From: Takakia lepidozioides
Taxonomy: Eukaryota > Plantae > Bryophyta
Length of the DNA stretch: 64,000 bases
Direction: 5' to 3'
Assembly (NCBI GenBank): GCA_030704615.1
Contig: CM060731.1
Location: forward strand, 94,922,001-94,986,000
Position numbers and translations under genes: made by a program. This document shows, in pieces, positions 11,082-23,100 of this stretch. The notes under the pieces were generated by a model, which was not told the origin of the DNA, searched no databases, and was given only the letters and a program-made list of their open reading frames with translations. Position 1 is the first letter of the stretch. Each line of letters begins with the position of its first letter.

Positions 11082-13500
11082 CTAACTGTCATAGCCAGAA
11101 TGGGAGCTACTATCCTCCTCTCCTACACCCTCTGAGGAACTTGCCCCACCTGCCTCCTTATCCCCCTCATCCCCTGACATCTGAGATGCATCACTTCCAC
11201 TATGCCTCTCAAAAATACCGTCCTCTCCTTGGGGAACCGTCCACCTCACCTCCTGGGAATCTTCTGCCTCTTCTCCCCCACTTTCCTCAGCAGAATCCAA
11301 GACAAATCTACAAGCCTGACGAGCTCTAATAGCTGCTGCCTCCTCCCTCATCTTCATTTTCCTAAGGCTTGCCTCGTCTAAAATCTGTTGTACCCGACTA
11401 GGCTCGGAAGACCTCTTAATGGACACCGAAGCAAGGCGGGCGGCATAAGTAGGATGTAGTCCCTTTCAGGACTCGGCATGAAATCGCCCCTGGCAAGAAA
11501 AGGCATGTTCCTTCTGCCAATGAACTACGGCGAAGACGTCTCTCCTGCAGTACTTGGCATCCTACAGTAAGAACAAATCCACTTCAAACTTGTCAATACC
11601 AGCAGAATGCAGAAAGAGTCTTTCTATGAAATAAAAAGAGCGAAGGGAGGTGCCTCACGAATTTAGGAGGCAACTTACAATGCAACCACTCACTCATAAA
11701 CTGGGGGCTCCTCGGCTTCGATCTCAGCTTTCTCCTCCCCCTGCTCCTTCTCCGATTCTTCCTCATCCTGGGACTCTTCCTCATCCTCTTTCGGCAGACG
11801 TTGACCCGCTGCAAGAGTGTCATTGTAAAGGGCAGTATCTGCCTTGAATGCGAAGACGGACGTGTCGGACGACGTCCCAGCCCACATTGAAGCACCTGAG
11901 GGACAAAGCAAATCGTTAGCCTAAGGCGGCATGCAATTGTAATCGGGCAAAGGGACACAATGTGGACAAGAAGGCTTACCAGTGCCACATATGACCTCGG
12001 TCAAGAACTCGCCCTAAGACATCGGAGCACGTCTCCATGAGGTTTGGATGAAAGCTGGGCTTCGGGTCCGGCTATACCGCCACGGTAGGCCTGTATTTGT
12101 GTCCTTTGACATACTGCTGTTGGGCACATAGTTGTAGAGGACATCATACTTAAGAGGGTCCACACCGCCCTCAACAAGACGACCGTCGCTACGGAATTCA
12201 AACGTAGACCCTCTCTTCACAAAACAATATGCATCAAACACCAATGTCTGCACATCCAGGAAACGGAGGGATCAACTCCAAGGTAAAGTTTATCTTCACC
12301 AAGATATGAAGTCAAGGAAAAAGGTTGATAACTTACACTGTTGCCCTCTGTTTGCAACCCTTGCGTGTTGATGCAGAACCATTTTTTTAGTAGGATGGGG
12401 GTGGCACTCTTCGGCGTCCACTTTGCTAGAGCCTTCTCTATCGTCTTCCCTCTTGTGGCAAGGACAATCATACACCCAGCGCCATCCAAGAGCATCCCCG
12501 CTAGCCCAAACCCGGCTTTCCAGTAGTCTTCAGTGTACTTGTTCTAGCTGGGCACACCCTCCAGGCCCTCTAGCAGCTCCCCATCTAGAATGTCGAGCAA
12601 AATCATATAGCAGGCTCTGTCCACCTGAACTCCCCCCCCCCCCCGGGTGCTTGTACAATCCGTGCTGCAAGCCATGAAGAAGTCCATCATGGAGACAAAT
12701 CCAAGAGTGTCCTTAGGGCCTCAGCCAAAGCCCTCTTCTTCACTTTCCCCTTGAGCTCCTCCAGAGACTGGGTGTGTGCCACCTTCCTCGCCCTAGCAGC
12801 CAGAGCGTCAATGAAGCTCTCATTGACACATTGGATGAGTGTTCCGGGCTCTATCTTGGGCCTCTCGGGAAACGTCACTGCCGAATATCGATGTGAAGGC
12901 TTGGCGTGATCAAATGACACTTCTTGGCAGAGCCAGTGCCACTCCGGTTTGACTTCGAAACCCGGACTACTGGTGACTTGGTAGCAGCAGCAGGGGCAAG
13001 GCCTTGGACAAAGTTGTCGTCAGAGTCACCCCCTCGGAACCCCCATGCGCATCCTCTCGTGCCCCGCTGATTTTCTGTTTCTTTGGGGTTGCTGCAGCCC
13101 CCTATTTCCGTGTCCTTTTCTTCGCTCTTTTGTTCTTCTCATTCAACTTCTCCTGAATACCTGCCTGAGAAAGCTCTGCCGCTTTCCTGGACTCGGCAAG
13201 CGCTTTCGCCTCCTTTGGACCCAGCGGAGGTAGCGGAGCTCGGTTTTGGCGTAATTCAGTATCCAGCTTCAATTGGAACTCCGACATGTTGAGTCTGCCC
13301 GCCGGAAGGTCCACATACCAAGGGCAGTCAACCAAATGCTCCATGTGCCACTCCTTCATGATAGCGTCAGTGTACATGGAGTCCGCGCCAGGGTTACGCC
13401 ATGCGAGGAAAAAGGGAGGCTCTCTTATAAGATGGCCTTTTTCCAACACGGAGAACTTCATGTACCTGAATTCAGAAAAACCAAAATAGAATAGGTCCAC
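11082..13500 (-). pseudogene. Beta-class (N6_N4_Mtase-like) amino-DNA-methyltransferase-like spliced gene, copy 2
   Basis: Spliced translation: MDFFMAC...YMILLDILDG...W(*)NKYTEDYWKAGFGLAGMLLDGAGCMIV...RSPAFIQT.METCSDVLGRVL..ICGTG|ASMWAG...VFAFKAD. GT-AG introns at 12248-12336 and 11896-11979. Stops and frameshifts present. Confidence 0.65.
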
Positions 13501-14378
13501 GGACTAAGGTTACGGTATTGTCCTCCCTAGCCCTCTCCAAAATCTGCTCTACTTTACTGGGATTCTCACATTGTCTAATCGCTGTATTTGCGAGTTTAGC
13601 TGCATAACTATGAAGGGAGTAGTCCTTCACCGGGCTCGTCATGAAGTCGGCCCTTGCAAAGAACGAGACATTCTTCCTGGCAGGAAGTGTAGGCCCTACA
13701 TGTTTCGACCCGGATCCTGGAATCCTGCACATAACAATCACCAACGAGACCAATGAGAACCACAGTCCGGAAATGCGTTTGACAAAAAATCACCCAGAAG
13801 GCTTTGCAAACTTACAATGTTTACACTCACTCGTATTCCGGGTTCTCCTCGGCATCAATGTCCACTGTCTCTTCCTCCGACTCCGACAAATCCGAGGAGT
13901 CTTTGGCTTCGATGGGAGCCTTCACATTCCGTTGCAGCCCTTCCAGATGGGATCCCCAGACGGATGTGTCCTCCTCGTAGGCAAAGAGGTGCCGGTCGGA
14001 AAACCGCCCAGCCCACATTGAGGCACCTGTTACAATGCCATCCACACATTATGACATGGCCCTTCAGATGTTGCGAATTAAAGCATAACGAGAATTTGCA
14101 GAATAGCATACAACAAGATTCTGCATACCTGTCCCACAGATGAGGTCGAGCACTGTGCCCTCCACGTCAGTGCATGTCTCCATAATTGTCTGAATGAAGG
14201 CAGGGCTCCGAGTGCGTGAATACCGCAGGGGTTCAGTTGAAGTGAGGCTATGAGGGAGAAGTTCCGTGGGAACGTTGTTGAACAGGACGTCGTAATCGAT
14301 GGGGTCGCAGTTCGGGTCAACCAACAATCCCTCCTTCCGGAAAGCAAAGGTGGAGTTCTCCTTCACAAAGCAATATTT
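13500..14378 (-). pseudogene. Beta-class amino-DNA-methyltransferase-like gene, copy 1 (C-terminal half only)
   Basis: RSPAFIQTIMETCTDVEGTVLDLICGTG|ASMWAGRFSDRHLFAYEED resembles the SAM-binding pattern gdlVLDpFxGsGtt..aa...gR.fig.E.d. GT-AG intron 14027-14128 is at the same position as in copy 2. Confidence 0.7.
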
Positions 14379-14399
14379 GTTGTTTGTTTCTTTTTTTGA

Positions 14400-16710
14400 A
14401 TTTGGGGGGGTTATTCGTCTTCAGGAGGCAACAACATTCTAGGCCACATTGGTGCAGTCCGGTGGGGTTGCCAATGAGGGAGGGCACGTGGTGTTCATGA
14501 AGGACCCCAACACCAAAAGTAAGAAAAGAGGCCTCGACCTCCCGAGGTCCCTTTTACCATCAATGAAGGGGCTGCCGAGGAGAGAGAGAGAAGGGAGAAA
14601 GAGGAGAGAGTGGAAGTAGCGGGGAAGGGGAAAGACATAGTCATGGAGAAGAGGAAGGAAAAGAAGAAGAAGAAGAAGAAGAAGAGGTCCCATGAAGACG
14701 AAGTGGTGATTGTGTATGCGGGGGAGGCCGGTGGGGTAACAAAAGTGGAGGGGAAGGAGGTTACAAAGAAGGGAGAGAGTGGGACGAAGAAGAAGAAATT
14801 CTAGGGGATAGAGGAGGTGGAGTTGGCAAAGATTGTTGTGCCACCGGTGGAGGTCAATAAGCATGGTGACCCCAGCGGTGCGTTTTGGGCGGCTATGAAG
14901 AAGCCAGCCTTCGAACTCGCATCATTGTGGTTCCCTCTGCACATCGAGTGGGCTGATCAGTACTATGGCCAAAAGCGGGCGTATGCCTGTGAGTTAGACC
15001 GTCGGTTTCCGGGCAATTAGAGTGAGACAAGGTGAGGAGATGGTGGGGTGGAACTTGAAGGACAAGAGGTACCATGGCAGAGAGAGAATTTGGAAGGCAA
15101 TGGCAAATGGGGTCCAACCCAAACCACCTTTTGGAGTTTCACAGGTTGGCAAATCCTTGAATCATTTCACCTTCCATTTGTTGCATGTGCATTAATGAGG
15201 TGGATTCGATGCGTAATTCACTAACTGTGGGGGGCGGGGGGGGGGGGGGGGGGGGGGGCATAGGTATCGTGGGATGCGCTTATTGCGGGAGAGAAGGATG
15301 CGGCACCCAAGGCCAAATTTGAGAAGGCACGCGAAGCAACAACAGTCCGCCTTCAGAAGCACAAATCCACACACAAGTGGGGCCCCGTCGGATCCAGGGG
15401 TTTTATCTTACGATTTGTAAGTCACACTTCCCTATGTATTTTGTTATGTCTTCTTTCACGTTCCATCATCGTGAGGAACTGACTTTAATTTGTGGCATGT
15501 GTAGGAAACCACGTTTGAGAGGAAGCCATCTTCAATAGAGTACGACTACGCCAAGCAGTATGGTTGGCAAGCCCTCATGAAGAACATGGCCAACATGCTC
15601 AGGCAAAGGGCGTGGAGTCATCAGGCTCATCGGATAGCTCTGAGTCCTCCTCGGAGGATGAGGATGAAGATGAGGATGACTAGTCGTAGTCCGTGTAGGT
15701 CCCAGGGTCAGCCTACTGAACCCTTGTGAGCAAAGCATTTCAGCTCATTACTTATAAATATATTTCCATCTGTACATATATTTCCATCTTTTCATCTTCC
15801 CTCTTATTCATGTGTCGCACCGGCCTCACCCTTGATTCATGCTTGGTCAAACCTATGCAATAACCTATGCTATGTACACGTTAAATCAGAGTAATGGAAG
15901 CTATAAGGTCTTCCAACACCCCAAAAACAAACTAGGGGAAAACCAAAAATCACCCCCAATTCACCCCCCAAAATTAAACCCCCCCCCCACCACCACCACC
16001 ACCACGAGGAATGCCACGGCAGGGCGTCGCTTGCAACAGCGCGCTTGCCACGGGAGGGGGTCGCAAGATGCGACGGTCCGGCGTCGCTACAACCCATTGC
16101 GTAGCAACACCCGACCCCCCCCCCCCCCCCCTGCGACTGATTTTTTTTTCCTTGGCGGCCTCTGGGGGTCACTAGTAGCGACGCCGCAGCGTCGCTATTC
16201 CCACTCCGCCCTGCCACGCGTTTTTTTTTTAAGAAAAAAAAAAACTAGAAATATGCGACTCCCAGGAGTCGCTGAAACCCACAGTCGGGCGTCGCAGAGC
16301 CCCGCTCCCCTGTGATGGGGTTTTTTACGTATGCGACATCCGGGGGTCGCTTTTTTTTAGTATGTGACGCCCGGGTATAGGGGAAAAAAACAACGTTGCG
16401 ACGCCGGGGCGTCGCCCCATCCAACGCTGTTGGCTGGAGGGCAATGACGGTCGGCCGTCGCTAGCAGGAGGCCCCTGCCAGCGCCTTGGATTGCCAAATA
16501 GCAACGTCCGGGTGTCGCTGGAGGAGGACAGGGGCTTGCGACTCCCATCCGTCGCATTGTTGCGACGATATTCCAGCAACGCCCTGGCGACTGGCGTGCG
16601 ACTCCAGGGCGTCGCAAAAATGGACCCCCCCGCCTCAGCTTCAAAATGGCCGTTTAGCAATGCCGTGGCGTCGACCCCCGACCCCACCCCCCCCCCGTTT
16701 TCTTGTAGTG
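14400..16710 (+). mobile_element. CACTA (En/Spm) element, right part only
   Basis: Terminal TTTTCTTGTAGTG at 16698-16710 (reverse complement of CACTACAAGAAAA). Dense GCGACGCC/GGCGTCGC subterminal repeats at ~16020-16680. Possible TnpA-like fragment VEVNKHGDPSG at ~14850. Confidence 0.8.
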
Positions 16711-18625
16711 CGTCCCGGCTTATACTGGATATCCACGTGAAAGAATGCCAAAGTGTCTTGCCACCTAATTTGTTTTGGGGACAACTTAGGCTGTGTGGCA
16801 AAATACTTCACCGTGACATTGTCCGTGAACACCTTCACCGGGTTGGAACCAACATAGTGGCGCCAAAGCTCAAGGCAGTGCAACACCGCTTTCATTTGCA
16901 CATAGGCCACCGCCGCTCCATTTTGTTTAGTTTCTTACTTTTGTAAGCCACTGGGCTCCCCTCTTGCATTAGCACGCCCCCAATTGCGAAGTACAACGCA
17001 TCAGTGTGAATCTCGAATGGACGGTCGAACTCCGGGATCTTAAAACTGGAGCTTCCGCCATCCGCTGCTTCAATTCGGCAAAAGCTTGGCCACAAAAGGT
17101 ATTCCACACCCAGACCTTGGAGTTACACAAGAGGTCTAATAGCGGCCCCGCAATCTTGGCGAAATTCCTCACATAGTTTCGGTAGTAGGAGGCGAGTCCC
17201 AGAAAGGATCGCACTCCCGGGACCAAAGGCGGAGGTTCCCAGTCCAAGATCGCCTCACCTTTCTGTCATCCATTTGGATCCCATCCTGTGTAATCACATG
17301 CCCTAGGAACTCCACTTTTGTAACCCCAAATTCGCACTTTGAAGCTTTGGCATAGAGCTTCTCTTCCCGCAATTTCTGGAATACCTTTTTGAGGTGCTCC
17401 AGGTGGTCTTCCTTTGTTTTTGAGTACACCAAGATGTCGTCGATGTACACGATCACAAAATCATCTAGCCACTCCTGGAAGAGACTGTTTATCAGCGTAC
17501 TAAATGTCGTCGGCGCGTTGGCGAGTCCAAAAAGCATCACCAAGAACTCGTACAACCCATACCTTGTCCTGCACGCCGTCTTTTCCTCATCTCCTTCTGC
17601 TACCCGAATTTGGTGGTAACCTGAGCGCAAATTGATTCGGCTGAAATACTTTGGGCTTGCCAACCGATCAAAGAGATCGTCAATTCTTGGCAAAGGGTAC
17701 CGGTTTTTCATAGTCACCTTGTTTAGAGTCCTGTAATTGACACACATCCGTAGCGTCCCATCATTCTTGTCTGCGAATAGTGTCGGGGCTCCATAAGGTG
17801 ACTTACTTGGCCGGATGTATCATTTTGCCATGAGGTCCTTGAGCTGCTTTTTCAGCTCCACCAACTCTCTATGGCTCGACCGGTAGGACGCCTTGGCAGG
17901 CGGCTCCGTTCCTGGTATCACCTCTATCCTATGGTCGACCCCTCTTCGCGGTGGCAAACCGTTAAGTAAATCCTCCGGCATTACATCTTGGTATTTCTCC
18001 AAGATTTCCTTGATCCAATCTGGGCTCGGCTCCCTATCGACTTCTCCTACCACTTGCCTCACATAAAGCAAAAACTCGGGCTCGTGTGGCTCCTCCATGG
18101 CCCACTCCTTCGCCATCAGCAGGTTTATTCGCCCTCCCACTCGGTTGGGCATTTCCAACACCCGTAAAACTTCGCTACCATCCCCACACGGCAGCGTGAC
18201 CAACCTCTTGCGGCCATCTATGACCGCTCCGAATTTGCTCAAAAATGACATCCCCAAAATGAGATCCAGTCCATCGATCTCGCAAATAGTGAAGTTCTCA
18301 TGCCCCTCCCAACTCCCTACCTGAAGAGGGACATCAAACGCCAACCTCGACGCTAGTCGTGGCTCTCCCTTGGCAGAGCACACTTCAATAGACATCAGTT
18401 GTCGGGAGTCCCAACTTCCGTGCCGTTGCCGGTGTCAGGAAGGAGTGCGACGCTCCTGTGTCCACCAACAATGACACATTAGTTCCGGAAATTACCCTAC
18501 TCACGAACATCAACTGACTTCCTTTACGCAAAGCTCCTGCCTCCTGATATAACTCACAAGTGTAGTTGCCTACCTTGCAAGTCTTGGCGACCACCGCCTC
18601 CACCAAGCGGCTGATGGAGTCTTCG
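16711..18625 (-). mobile_element. pol: Chromovirus pol fragment (protease-RT-RNase H), same family as 28574-35821
   Basis: LVDTGASHSF; [11 protein letters not shown]; YIDDILVYS; IHTDA..FAIGGVLMQ. Near-identical protein to 30717-32530. Cut by the CACTA end at YKPGR. Confidence 0.95.
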
Positions 18626-18628
18626 AGG

Positions 18629-19047
18629 ATGGATGGATACGATGCATTGGCCTCATTCCTTTTGGCCACAAACAACGGGGAAGGGAGAGAGAAATAGATC
18701 ACAGATGCCGACAGAGCAACATGGGACCCTCATTGGCTGACTGTGGACTCCCGATTTGAAGCGCATATTGTGGGAACAAAATGGGATTTCCTGTCCAACA
18801 AATGGCTCTACATTTTCGATGGCAACCATAGATGGATTGCGTGGATGGAGGTGATCAGTGAACAACACCTAGATGATAGGGATTGACACTTTTGTGCGAA
18901 CTCCAAGATTCTGGATGTGAAGAAAGAAGACTTGTCTCTTGTTCACCAACCAATGAACCGCATGAACTAGTAAGTATAAATTCTACTCTTTGTTCTAAAG
19001 TGCTTGCACAGGGTCGGCGTTCATGTGAGACTGTTAGCAGTTTATAG
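18629..19047 (+). pseudogene. Spliced ParB/Sulfiredoxin-like domain fragment
   Basis: Frame not in the ORF track because of stops: WDPHWLTVDSRFEAHIVGTKWDFLSNKWLYIFDGNHRWIAWMEVISEQHLDDRD*H. DGNHR is at 18818-18832. GTAAGT donor at 18970, then a small AG...GT exon at ~19012-19047. Confidence 0.6.
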
Positions 19048-19639
19048 GTAAGAAAACTCGACATTGTTGTGTGCTCATGTGAGCAATGTCGGGAGAAATC
19101 AGTGTCAATTTATCCTTTGCCCTCATCACTGGACTGGCTATTTCACAGTCAATGTAATCGGCGCCGATTTCACTGTAAATGAGACAATCTAGTCCTCATA
19201 CTAGCAGTTCACACATGCATGACTGCATGGTGTTTTGAGGAATCGGTGTCGATTTCTGCTTCTACCCTTCCACTGTGCGACATTAATGTCACCGTGGTCC
19301 AGCACAGCTTCTGTCTATGCAACATGGTGATCTGCAAGTCGGCGCCGACTTGCAGCTGGTTACCCTACACTGTGTTCCATCTATCTCACTATGGTCGTGC
19401 ACACGTTCACTGTATGCAGCATGACATCCGAGGGGAAAGTGAAGTCCCTAGTTGTCATTTCCGATGTGACGTGGCGTAGACGGATCAGTGTCACGTCCAA
19501 TCCGGACGTTGCGCCAAGTTTTTATTTTTCACTTTCTACTTTTCCGATCTACTTCTACTCTATACATTGACATGGCAGCCACGACGTAAAACACACATGG
19601 ACAGTGTTTTAGTTATTTTTAATTCTTTGAATAATACAC

Positions 19640-20170
19640 AACCGCCAATATTGGCGGTCGCTTGTTTTTCATTTTTTGAAAATTGAAGCGACCGCCAATA
19701 ATTGGCGATCGCTTCATTCATTTCAAAAAAGAAAACAAAACGACCGCCAATATTGGCGGTCGCTGTTTTTTTTATTTTAAAAAATGAAGCAACTGCCAAT
19801 ACTGGCAGTAGCTTTATTTGTTTAAAAAGAAAAACAAGCGACCGCCAATATTGGCGGTTGTTTCATTTATTTAAACAAAGAAAAAGCAACGACTGCCAGT
19901 ATTGACAGTCGTTATTTTCTTTAATTTTTGAAAATGAGGCGACCGTCAATATTGATGGTCGCTTCATTTTAGAAATAGAGAAAAAAAAGGACCACCGATC
20001 CTGGCGGTCGCTTAATTTTTTGAAGAAAGAAAGAAATAACGATTGTCAATCATGGCGGTCGATTCATTTAAAAAATAAAAATAAAAATAAAAATAAAAAC
20101 CGCCAACCCTGGCGGTTGCTTCATTTTATAAATAAAGAAACAAACCGCCAATCTTGGCGGTCGCTTCATT
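19640..20170. repeat. Array of palindromic units GCGACCGCCAATATTGGCGGTCGC separated by A/T tracts (left part)
   Basis: About 12 degenerate copies at ~45-bp spacing. The 24-bp consensus is its own reverse complement. Confidence 0.9.
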
Positions 20171-20184
20171 TTTCAAAAAAAAAA

Positions 20185-23100
20185 GGGAGGGCGAAGCTCG
20201 GGAGTGATGGCGGAGCCCTGCATCCCTCAACGGTCTTATCGTCCTCCCTCTGCAAGCTTGCTCGACTTTCACTCGTGATCGGCGGAATCTCACAGCCTCG
20301 TTATTCCTCGTTGTTTCATGAACTTCATCTTCATATAAATTTCTTGGTAGGATGGGTTCTAAAGTTCATCATGGAAAGTGTGCTTTATAGTTCATCCTTG
20401 TTTTCTCTTTCCCTCTTTCATCTCCTCTAGCCAGCTTCAATCCCTAGCAGAAAGTTCTAGAGCCGCCTCCAGCCTTCAATCTTCCCTATTTCCCTGCCCC
20501 CGTCTCTCGCACCACCATCGCATCTCCTCGTATGTACTATCTTCTCGTCGTTCCTAATATATTGGTTTAGCACTGATCTCGGGATTAACTAGGACGTTTA
20601 TCTCTCTCCCCCCCTTTTCTGTTTCTTGTTTTAGCGTCCCTCTTTCCGACTGTTGAATTCATCTTTAGCTAAGCCAGTGAGTTTAGTTCAGGGCTTCTCC
20701 AGTCATTTCCCAGCGAGTGTAGTTCAAGGTTCTTCCCCTTCTCCAGTCAAGTATCAGCTTTTTTCAATGGCCCCTGGATTCTTCAAATCCCAGCATAAAC
20801 ATTCGATGGACTCAAGATTTTCCAGCGGAGGAGCACACCCGCAGCAGAGGAGAACCCAACACTCTACTAGGACCGGATTTTTATCAGGCCCATCAAGAGG
20901 GCTCCAGGATACTCTCCAATGGTGCCCCAGTAAGAATCCCCCCGCCCCCCCTCCCAATATCTCTAGCCCAATTTCCCCCCTTCAGCCTTTCTTCAAAATT
21001 CCAAGGCTACACTTTGCTTCAGAGGAAGATGACTCCCTCCCTCCGCCGTCAGACGAGTATTGGTCAAATGGTACAACAGCACATCAGGAAGAGCTGGATA
21101 AAGACTACCCTCTCATTTTATTGGATGTTACAGACCTTCAAAAAAGAGTAGCTTCAATGGAGGAGCATGGTATCTTAATCCATTTTCCAGGCAAGAAGGT
21201 TGATAGGGCCTACATTCGAGACTGGGCAATAAGACATCTTGGAGGTTCGGGAGAACTCAATCAGATGTTCTGTCATGCCAAAGGCCGCGGATTTTTTTCC
21301 ATAGTCTTATAAACCAAGGAAGCCGCCAACCAAGCCCTAGCGTTCAACCCTCACACAAAAGGATTCAATGTCAACATTTTCCCGTGGTCCTCTAAAATGG
21401 GCCACAGAAATGGCAAATTGTGGGGGCCAAGGATCATATCAGTGCCCTACATTCCAAATCAATACTTGGTGAACCTACCCGACATAGCCAACCACTTTGG
21501 CTCTTACCTAGGCTGTTTGGCAATGTTTGACCCACAAATGTGCACACTAAACCTTAGACAGGATCCAGCTTGGAGCTCTGTCACTATTGCATCCAGACTC
21601 AATGAAACTGACAGTGCCATTTTTTTCCTGATGATGCCCAATGAGGAAGCCCTGCCACAATATGTCAGATCGCGAATTGACGAGGATGGCAGCTACTTCA
21701 CTATACAGCTTATAGAAGACACTGCCTATGCCACTTGCTTCAATTGTGGACAGACATGACACTCAACTGTCCGTCAGCAAAACAAAAAAGATCGCCACCT
21801 GCTGGCCCAGCGACAGAGCCATCTCCAGATCACATGAGGCAATCACTCGCAGGCACCTCCACTGTTCCGGGATCATTCTGAACCTGTCCACACCAAACTG
21901 TGCCACCGGGGGGTCAACCAACTCAGTTACAGCCTCCAAGCAACCATGACTCTTTACAATCCAGTCCAAGACCCGTCTCTCCTCCCAACATGGACATCCC
22001 ACAGATAACAACAGGTATATCATGCAGCACACCCTTCGCCAATTTGTGTCTCAACACATGCTCATTCCCAAACCTGGACCTCAGTGGCTGTTCTACCCTA
22101 GAGACAATTGCAGCTCCCCAGGCTTCCTGTGTTACACCGCTGATATTCAGAAAAGGCAAGCCCCCCTCAATACTCATCACATTTGATGACTTGGAATGTG
22201 TTGAATCCCTTTGGGTTAAAAGCTCTGATGTCAAACACTTTCTGAGAACGAATCCTCCCAGCACTAGCCCGGAAATCCTATTCAAGTACAAGATTTAGGA
22301 ATTTTTCGAGGCCTCTCTACCTCACTACTTCTTGTCTCCCTCAACTAGAATTTTGTGGGGAGCTTACTTGGAAGACCACCTTGGTTTGAGTTGCAGACCA
22401 TCAACTCAGGTGCTGGCACTGATGGAAGAGGTAGACATCTACAACTCACCGCCTCCTCTGGGAACAATCTGGACTTACAAACAATGGCTAAAATCCCCCA
22501 GGGGAAGCCACCTGCTCCAGATAAGGAACCAATATACTCTGGTGAACGGTTTCCAGCTGCAGTTAGCCTTCCCTGGATCAGCAAATAGAAGAAGAAAACC
22601 ACAGGTTGGAACTACAAAGGACCAGAGACTACATCAATGGAGTCAGGGTTCATTATGCAAACTCAGAAGCTGCATCGGATTCCACAGATACCAACGACAA
22701 TTCCTCTCCAGATGATATCAGCACTGACAAAGACAATCTGGCTGCTGCAGTCACTATCATGCACATCTCCCCTCCAGTTAACGAGGTCACCAGCCCTGCA
22801 TCACCCCCCACCATTGTGGACGCAAGTCAATATCTTCCCACTCAGGGTCTCTCTCCAACAGTTCGCCTACCTAGTCCCCCGCATGCCCCCCACCAAGTTC
22901 TCCTCTCTCCCTCTCCCTACTATTTCTTCCAAGTGCTTGCTAAAGATTCTAGCAGATGTTGGATGTTGTGTGAAAAAAAAAAAAACACAACTGGGGGAAG
23001 CAGCTAAGGCACATGTTACCAACCTTCAACCTAGTAGATTGCATCCCCTAAGGAACGCTTCCTTCGGACGGCTCGCTCACGGATAGATACCCTCAACTCC

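Noticed and set aside
19640-20170. CRISPR-like appearance of regularly spaced palindromes
   Set aside because: The spacers are low-complexity A/T tracts, the repeats are degenerate, there are no cas genes, and the context is eukaryotic.
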